A stretch of 64,000 nt of DNA from a virus. The notes under the pieces were generated by a model, which saw nothing but the letters and a program-made list of their open reading frames with translations, had not been told where the DNA came from and ran no database searches. Shown here piece by piece: positions 35,696 through 41,201 of the stretch (position 1 is the first letter of the stretch; each line of letters opens with the position of its first letter). Location of the stretch: the IMG/VR virus record IMGVR_UViG_3300045988_160259, positions 64,001-128,000 of that record; one strand, 5' to 3'. The position numbers and the translations under genes were made by a program.

Positions 35696-35829
35696 ATTAT
35701 ACCATAATCAAACAAGAAAAGCCATAAATATAAGTTTATGAAAATAAAGACATAATACAAAATAACACGAAAAATAATAAAGATATGTTTATAAAAAGTG
35801 TTGACATAATAAAGATATGTTGATATAAT
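35696..35829. promoter_or_regulatory. divergent promoter region (XRE regulator leftward, MazF-like toxin rightward)
   Basis: Rightward: consensus TTGACA 35801-35806, 17 nt, TATAAT 35824-35829. A 16-nt direct repeat ATAATAAAGATATGTT at 35774-35789 and 35806-35821 overlaps it. Leftward: extended -10 TGGTATAAT (reverse complement of 35696-35704). Confidence 0.7.
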
Positions 35830-35871
35830 GAGTTCAACGTAAGAAAACAAGAGAGAAAGGAGGAACCGGGT

Positions 35872-36243
35872 ATGGATGTACATTGTGGCGAAGTTAAACG
35901 TGGTGAAATCTATTGGGTAGATTTCGGAAAAACAAAAGGATCTGAACAAGGGGGAAAACGACCAGCTCTTGTCGTCCAAAATAATATTGGAAATAAACAT
36001 TCTCCAACAACCATAGTCGTGACAATCACATCAAAAAGGAAGCCCAATCTTCCTACTCATGTCATTTTAGAAAAAGATGCGTTGAATGGATTAAGTTCCG
36101 ATTCGTTAGTAACATGTGAACAAATTAAAACAATAGATAAAGCTAGATTGTTGGATAAGATCGGAGAGATTAGTCCCAAAAAGCAAAAAGAAGTGAACAG
36201 AGCAATGCAGATTAGTTTGCAGACATTATTAATGGAGGGATGA
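35872..36243 (+). CDS. mazF: MazF/PemK/EndoA-family endoribonuclease toxin (second copy)
   Basis: GEIYWVDFGKTKGSEQGGKRPALVVQNNIGNKHSPTTIVVTITS...LPTHV...SLVTCEQIKTIDKARL...AMQISL is close to Bacillus EndoA/NdoA. Confidence 0.85.
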   Translation: MDVHCGEVKRGEIYWVDFGKTKGSEQGGKRPALVVQNNIGNKHSPTTIVVTITSKRKPNLPTHVILEKDALNGLSSDSLVTCEQIKTIDKARLLDKIGEISPKKQKEVNRAMQISLQTLLMEG

Positions 36244-36247
36244 CAAG

Positions 36248-36550
36248 ATGATAGAAGCATATGAATACTCTGATTACAACCAAGCGATGCAGAAAATGAA
36301 AGAACTTGAAAAAAAGAACAAGAAGTACAAAATTCTTATTTATACAATTGATTATGATCAAAATGAAGAAAGTAAAAAAATAACTACACCTGCAGAAGGG
36401 TGTAAATTAATTAAAAAAGCAAAAACTATTTTCCTTAACAGAGATGAAATAATCGAACATATGCAATTATATTCTACGATACAAGATATCGAACACATCA
36501 ATCGAGAAGGTATTATGCATGACATTATTTTACCACATTTAAAGGAATAA
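36248..36550 (+). CDS. hypothetical protein (100 aa), candidate cognate partner of the upstream MazF
   Basis: Starts 4 nt after the MazF stop; SD ggaggga upstream; no AbrB/RHH motif recognised. Confidence 0.6.
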   Translation: MIEAYEYSDYNQAMQKMKELEKKNKKYKILIYTIDYDQNEESKKITTPAEGCKLIKKAKTIFLNRDEIIEHMQLYSTIQDIEHINREGIMHDIILPHLKE

Positions 36551-36652
36551 AATGGAAATATTTACCTCTAGAATATACATGTCAAGAGGTATAAAATGGA
36601 AATATAAGGAAAAACAAAATTATAGTAGTACAAACAAATGTTCGAAAACATA

Positions 36653-36681
36653 TTGACAAGAACATTAGTTCGATGTATTAT
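36653..36681 (+). promoter_or_regulatory. sigma-70-type promoter in a non-coding gap
   Basis: TTGACA 36653-36658, 17-nt spacer, TATTAT 36676-36681. Confidence 0.5.
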
Positions 36682-36703
36682 AATTTTGTCGAACAAAATA
36701 AAA

Positions 36704-36750
36704 GAAGGGAATCATACCTGCGTTGGAGCGCATACGGTATGAATCCCTTC
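36704..36750 (+). ncRNA. long imperfect hairpin downstream of the 36653 promoter (candidate small RNA or leader element)
   Basis: gaagggaatcatacctgcg - ttggag - cgca(tac)ggtatgaatcccttc; about 18 paired positions with one bulge and one mismatch. Confidence 0.35.
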
Positions 36751-37028
36751 CTGTACATAACAAGCAAAACAAGCAATATTCATATATGTTTAAGGTGTTG
36801 GAGCAGCTTAAACGAATAATGGCAATGTCCTGCTTAAGTATCATTATACATATTAATTTGCAATTCTGCAAGTCTATCTTGAGCAGTTCGCTATTATTTC
36901 ACAATTTCATTAAAAGAGAATAGGAGAATAACAAATACGAAAAGGTACTTATTATTTCAAATGAAAATAAGAACCTGTATTAAAGTTACCTATTTTTGAA
37001 AACTAAATAAAAAAGGAGTGATTGGAAA

Positions 37029-37712
37029 ATGCAGTACACTATCACAAACGGAAAATGCTGGGTAATCGAAAATCCAATGCGTCCAGGGGAGTATATGGCA
37101 TCAACTATGTCATCTAGAGCAAAATACTTCACGTTCAAACAGGCCAAAAGCTTACTAAACTCACGGAACAAAAAGATGAGTTGGATTCGTCATGGATACT
37201 CAATGGTTGGAGAAGATGGTAAGGCGCCATCTGTTTCTCCGAAAGCAAAAGGTAACGGTGGTGCTTTTCTAGCAGAGAATGATGTATTCGTTGATTTTAC
37301 ATTACTCGATCAGATTGAGGATGAAACAGAAAAATACTTAAGCCTAGCCGGTTGGGATGAATCCGAACTGAGTAATATGTCAGAATCGCTTAATACATAC
37401 TTGTCAAAACTTGACTCTGAAGAGAGCGATATTAAACATGCTTTGGTTATTTACGCACATAATCACAATGGGAAAATGCCACAGGCTCACAAAATTGCAA
37501 AAGTTGGTTATATGTTTTTACATATTTTAATTGATCGAGCGCATGTCAAGGCATGTATGAGAAAAGTAACTATTATGAAGAATGCTCTTACATGCTCATA
37601 CTCCATTGGAAAATTACAGCATGAATTAAGCAAAAGTGAGAATGGAGAATATAGCGAATATAAACCAAGAACTGCGAAATTCGAAGAAACGATGAAAATA
37701 TTAGAAGGGTAA
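37029..37712 (+). CDS. hypothetical protein (227 aa)
   Basis: ORF; SD aaaggag upstream. Confidence 0.75.
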   Translation: MQYTITNGKCWVIENPMRPGEYMASTMSSRAKYFTFKQAKSLLNSRNKKMSWIRHGYSMVGEDGKAPSVSPKAKGNGGAFLAENDVFVDFTLLDQIEDETEKYLSLAGWDESELSNMSESLNTYLSKLDSEESDIKHALVIYAHNHNGKMPQAHKIAKVGYMFLHILIDRAHVKACMRKVTIMKNALTCSYSIGKLQHELSKSENGEYSEYKPRTAKFEETMKILEG

Positions 37713-37722
37713 GGTGGAAATT

Positions 37723-38433
37723 ATGAGATACAAGTATTTAACAGAGACTCAAATAGAGAAATTAGAATCTCTTACGCCAGAAGAAGCAGAAAAAATTCAG
37801 CAAACGTATTTAGATGATGATATGCGTGAGCTTAAAAAAATCTGCAAAACTTTGATTTACAAAAAGAAAAAATCATCGCAGGATTTACCGACACTTCATG
37901 ATGCAGAACTTGAAAGCCTAGCAGTAGAAGTTTTTCTGTCAAGTTTACTCAAATATAATTCGGATGTCAAATGCACTTTTAAAACGTATTTATATGGAAA
38001 TATTTGGAGAAAATATTGGACATATACAAGAGATATCGAACGTAAAAAACGCTGTGTTTTTGTTCCAGATATTGATGAAGAAACTGGCAAGCAAAAAGTT
38101 GACAAAGAAGGAAATCCTAAAGAGAAGCCTGTATTTGATATCTCCATATATTCTCAAATCGATGAAAATGGAATGCAACTCTGGGAAACATTTGTATCTG
38201 GAAAAACCGTGGAAGATGTCGTCTTTCAAAATGATCAAGAAATGTCATCTGCGATGAGAGAATATACTAATAAGTTATCAAGAGTACAGAGTGTAATTTT
38301 ACATATGCTTGCAGATGGATTTAATGAAGAAGAAATTCTTCAGAATTTACATATTTCTAAGTCACTCTATAACGATAGCTTAAAAGCTATCCGGAACAAC
38401 TCAAATACAAGAATACTTAGGAGGGATTATTAA
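37723..38433 (+). CDS. sigma-70-family (ECF-like) RNA polymerase sigma factor
   Basis: Region-2-like LESLAVEVFLSSLLKYNSDVKCTFKTYLYGNIWRKYWTYTRD and region-4 HTH LSRVQSVILHMLADGFNEEEILQNLHISKSLYNDSLKAIRNN. Start moved from GTG 37714 to ATG after SD aaggtgg. Confidence 0.6.
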   Translation: MRYKYLTETQIEKLESLTPEEAEKIQQTYLDDDMRELKKICKTLIYKKKKSSQDLPTLHDAELESLAVEVFLSSLLKYNSDVKCTFKTYLYGNIWRKYWTYTRDIERKKRCVFVPDIDEETGKQKVDKEGNPKEKPVFDISIYSQIDENGMQLWETFVSGKTVEDVVFQNDQEMSSAMREYTNKLSRVQSVILHMLADGFNEEEILQNLHISKSLYNDSLKAIRNNSNTRILRRDY

Positions 38434-39935
38434 TGTTAGATGAATACAGAATCGAACAGATGGGCGTAGGAGCTTATGTTGATAGTATTGATGAGGAAGT
38501 TATTACTGTTGATCAGGCAGTCCAGAGAGCGTTTTGTTGGTCAAATGAAATGATCAATAATTTGATTTATAGTACTGTATCTCCAAAACGGATTTACATT
38601 CCAAACATTATTCTTGCAGAAGAAAAAAGAGAAGATGGGCTTACTACTACATACGTAGTGGACGGTGGTCAGAGAACCGAAGCGCTCAGACGTTTTGTAT
38701 TTGATGGGCATAAGATCTCTAAATCAATCCGGAATAGATATGTGACTTATCAAGGAAATAAACTGGATAAAAATGGAAAACCTATGAGAGATGAAAATGG
38801 AAAACTGATCAAAGAAATCAAAACATTTGATCTGGTTAATAAAACTTATAATGATTTTCCACCAGAACTGAAAAAGAGAATGAGATCATGTCAGTTGTCT
38901 GCTGCAATTTATCAGGAATGTACTCCAGAAGATACCTGCGATCTTGTCATGTTATATAACTCTACTATTCCAATGAATGTAAGCCAGAAGGCGTTTACTT
39001 ACATTGGTACATTTGCGGATAAAATTAAACGGATTAAAGATAATAATCGTTTTCTTAAAGATTGTACGATGCTGAATGAGTTAGACAAGAAAAAAGGCAT
39101 CTGGGAAAGAGTGATCATCGAATGCGTTATGGCGATGTTTCATTTAGAAGAATGGAAAAAGGCGCCAAGGGATATCTGCAAGTATCTTAATGAGAACGGA
39201 ACAGAAGAAGAATTTGATACACTGAACAAATACTTTAATATGTTAATTCCTTACGCAGATAAACTCGATCATACAGAAGTAGCTGAATTATTTGTGTCAA
39301 AAGATTTTATGGTATGGATGACTCTTATGAAAAGAGCCTTAGATGAAGGAGTTTCACCAGAAAATTTTGGAAAATTCCTGATTGCATTTAATGACATGAA
39401 AGAAATCAAAGTCAATGATACTGATTGGATTGAAATAGAACAGGATAAACACACAAAGGACAAGAAAGTAATTCAGCAGAAAATTGATTATTTACATACT
39501 TTATTAGTGGATTTTTTACATATTAAAGAGAATAAACATAATGAAGATGCAGAGAGCGAAAGTATCAAAGACTCATCAGAAAATTCAGAGGGTGAAGAAT
39601 CTGCAATCATTGGTGTTGATGATCGTATTGATCAGAATGATATTGATTTTGTACATACTCATGTAAATGAGAAAGTAGATCCAGACGACATCGAATTTTA
39701 CAACGAGTGTCTGCAGGATACAAAAGTGTCTGCAAATGTTTATCAGCAGTGTAAAACAGCGTTAATTGCATTGATGGTTTATGCAGCGCAGAATAATCAG
39801 GATCAGGAATTTGAACAGTGGATTGGAGAATATCAGAATGCAGATGATGAATATAGTTCCAATCAGGGTATTAATTTCAGATTCATGAAACGAGATTTTG
39901 AGAATTATCTTGTTAAAAATGGAAATGCAGCGTAA
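38433..39935 (+). CDS. DUF262 / DGQHR-like (ParB-superfamily) domain protein
   Basis: 500 aa; N-terminal VDQAVQRAFCWSNEMINNLI...YVVDGGQRTEALRRF resembles the DUF262 QR..W...DGQQR motifs. No C-terminal His-Me finger recognised; acidic C-terminal third. Confidence 0.55.
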   Translation: MLDEYRIEQMGVGAYVDSIDEEVITVDQAVQRAFCWSNEMINNLIYSTVSPKRIYIPNIILAEEKREDGLTTTYVVDGGQRTEALRRFVFDGHKISKSIRNRYVTYQGNKLDKNGKPMRDENGKLIKEIKTFDLVNKTYNDFPPELKKRMRSCQLSAAIYQECTPEDTCDLVMLYNSTIPMNVSQKAFTYIGTFADKIKRIKDNNRFLKDCTMLNELDKKKGIWERVIIECVMAMFHLEEWKKAPRDICKYLNENGTEEEFDTLNKYFNMLIPYADKLDHTEVAELFVSKDFMVWMTLMKRALDEGVSPENFGKFLIAFNDMKEIKVNDTDWIEIEQDKHTKDKKVIQQKIDYLHTLLVDFLHIKENKHNEDAESESIKDSSENSEGEESAIIGVDDRIDQNDIDFVHTHVNEKVDPDDIEFYNECLQDTKVSANVYQQCKTALIALMVYAAQNNQDQEFEQWIGEYQNADDEYSSNQGINFRFMKRDFENYLVKNGNAA

Positions 39936-39953
39936 AGAAAGGAAAATAATATT

Positions 39954-40436
39954 ATGCAGATGAACATTGAAGATATCAAAATTTCAGATCAGTTTCTTGC
40001 TTCTCATCCATCTTCAGAAAAGATGGAAAGATTCGAGAAATATTGGTTGCTGACGAATCATCAAGATAAGCCAATTGTTCTGGATAAGAATGGTTATCTT
40101 GTAGATGGATATATCCGTTATCTTATCATGAAAAGAAATGGTGCTAAGACAGTTCATACTGTGTATAAAGGCCAGCCTGTTGCACTGATTAATGGAGTAC
40201 ATATTCACGCTAATGGTACAACAAGCCAGGAATATACTTGGGAGATTCGTAGAAATAAGAACTGGAAATCTTTCCTTGGAAATCTCAAAGTTGGCGATTT
40301 AGTAATGTGTGCAACCAAATATGGATATAGTCCAGTGAAAGTTACAAGGATTCAAACAGAGAATATTGAAGGGGAAGTAAAACATAAAAAAGTACTTCTG
40401 AACAAAAGAGTGAATATCAAAACAGAAACCAAATAA
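39954..40436 (+). CDS. ParB-N/sulfiredoxin-like domain protein
   Basis: 160 aa; IKISDQF...KPIVLDKNGYLVDGYIRYLIMKRNG follows the ParB-N pattern (PI.v...g..l.DGhhR..a....G). Confidence 0.45.
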   Translation: MQMNIEDIKISDQFLASHPSSEKMERFEKYWLLTNHQDKPIVLDKNGYLVDGYIRYLIMKRNGAKTVHTVYKGQPVALINGVHIHANGTTSQEYTWEIRRNKNWKSFLGNLKVGDLVMCATKYGYSPVKVTRIQTENIEGEVKHKKVLLNKRVNIKTETK

Positions 40437-40452
40437 GAAAGAGGTGAGACGA

Positions 40453-40644
40453 ATGAAAAGGTTAGGAAAATATTCTGGAAAGGTTTACGAAGAACATGAG
40501 ATCCAGAATATGGATGAATGTGGAACAGTAATTACAGACGAACAGGCTGCAGATAAGGACTTTATTAAAAAACATCACATGTGTGATTTGGTACGGTGTG
40601 TATCATGCTTTGGTGTCCGACATCGAAGAGTTTCTTCTGAATGA
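40453..40644 (+). CDS. hypothetical protein (63 aa)
   Basis: ORF 40444-40644 trimmed to ATG after SD agaggtg. Confidence 0.55.
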   Translation: MKRLGKYSGKVYEEHEIQNMDECGTVITDEQAADKDFIKKHHMCDLVRCVSCFGVRHRRVSSE

Positions 40645-40657
40645 AAGACTGATTTCA
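40642..40657 (+). repeat. junction hairpin TGAAA-N6-TTTCA
   Basis: aTGAAAgactgaTTTCAt; TGA is the stop of 40453-40644, the last gene before the CRISPR locus. Confidence 0.7.
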
Positions 40658-40668
40658 TAGGAAAATAA

Positions 40669-40716
40669 ATACTATATATAGTGGTCGAGCAAAAATAAAA
40701 CCACTATATATAGTAT
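40669..40716. repeat. perfect 17-bp inverted repeat (hairpin/palindrome) upstream of the CRISPR array
   Basis: AATACTATATATAGTGG 40669-40685 pairs with CCACTATATATAGTATT 40700-40716; 14-nt loop tcgagcaaaaataa; no U-run after it. Confidence 0.8.
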
Positions 40717-40790
40717 ACATGGAAGAGCATTATGAGAAAGTTTGGCGACCAGATCATGATGATCTTCAAAAAGAGAAATTAATAGGTTGA

Positions 40791-40958
40791 GTTTTAGAGG
40801 AATGTAATTTTATATGGTTGCAAATCGATACTTTTCGCATTCTGTCCGTTGATGTCGTTTTAGAGGAATGTAATTTTATAGGGTTGCAAAACCGAAAAGA
40901 AAAGCAGAGGAGCAGTAGACTAGTTTTAGAGGAATGTAATTTTATAGGGTTGCAAAAC
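40791..40958 (+). CRISPR. mini CRISPR array, type-II-like repeats (3 repeats, 2 spacers)
   Basis: 36-nt repeat GTTTTAGAGGAATGTAATTTTATAGGGTTGCAAAAC at 40857-40892 and 40923-40958. The copy at 40791-40826 has 2 mismatches (positions 25 and 35). 30-nt spacers: GATACTTTTCGCATTCTGTCCGTTGATGTC (40827-40856) and CGAAAAGAAAAGCAGAGGAGCAGTAGACTA (40893-40922). Confidence 0.9.
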
Positions 40959-41201
40959 CTCAAAATAAAATAACTCTATAAAATTAAGACGTTAAATAAA
41001 AATAGACTTAGATTTAATCTACGTTATTACAAGAAAATATATTGATATATAACTCTAGTATCAAATTATATCGTTTAAATTTAAACATGCGTTACGTCTA
41101 ACTTTCTTGTCGCAAGTGATTTAAACATTGTGAACTTGTAATAACATTGTCAAAGAGTATTACCGACTATAAGTCGAGTTATTAATTAAAAGGAGAAAAT
41201 T
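40959..41201 (+). ncRNA. candidate tracrRNA / omega-RNA scaffold (anti-repeat plus structured region) between the array and iscB
   Basis: TAACTCTATAAAATTA (40971-40986) is complementary to repeat positions 15-30 (14 Watson-Crick + 2 G-U). The 243-nt non-coding stretch contains many short hairpins/palindromes, e.g. TAGATttaATCTA 41009-41021, GTTTAAATTTAAAC 41073-41086 and CGACTataAGTCG 41164-41176. Exact ends unknown. Confidence 0.6.

Noticed and set aside
36665-36923. ORFs 36723-36923 (+) and 36665-36871 (-) in the 478-bp gap
   Set aside because: No SD, non-ATG or poorly placed starts, and Cys/Leu/Ile-rich implausible composition. The region is better explained as non-coding (promoter plus hairpins).
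40766-40963. 65-aa minus-strand ORF with the periodic sequence FCNPIKLHSSKT
   Set aside because: It is simply the translation of the reverse complement of the three CRISPR repeats. The periodicity equals the 66-nt repeat-spacer unit, it uses a TTG start, and it has no SD.
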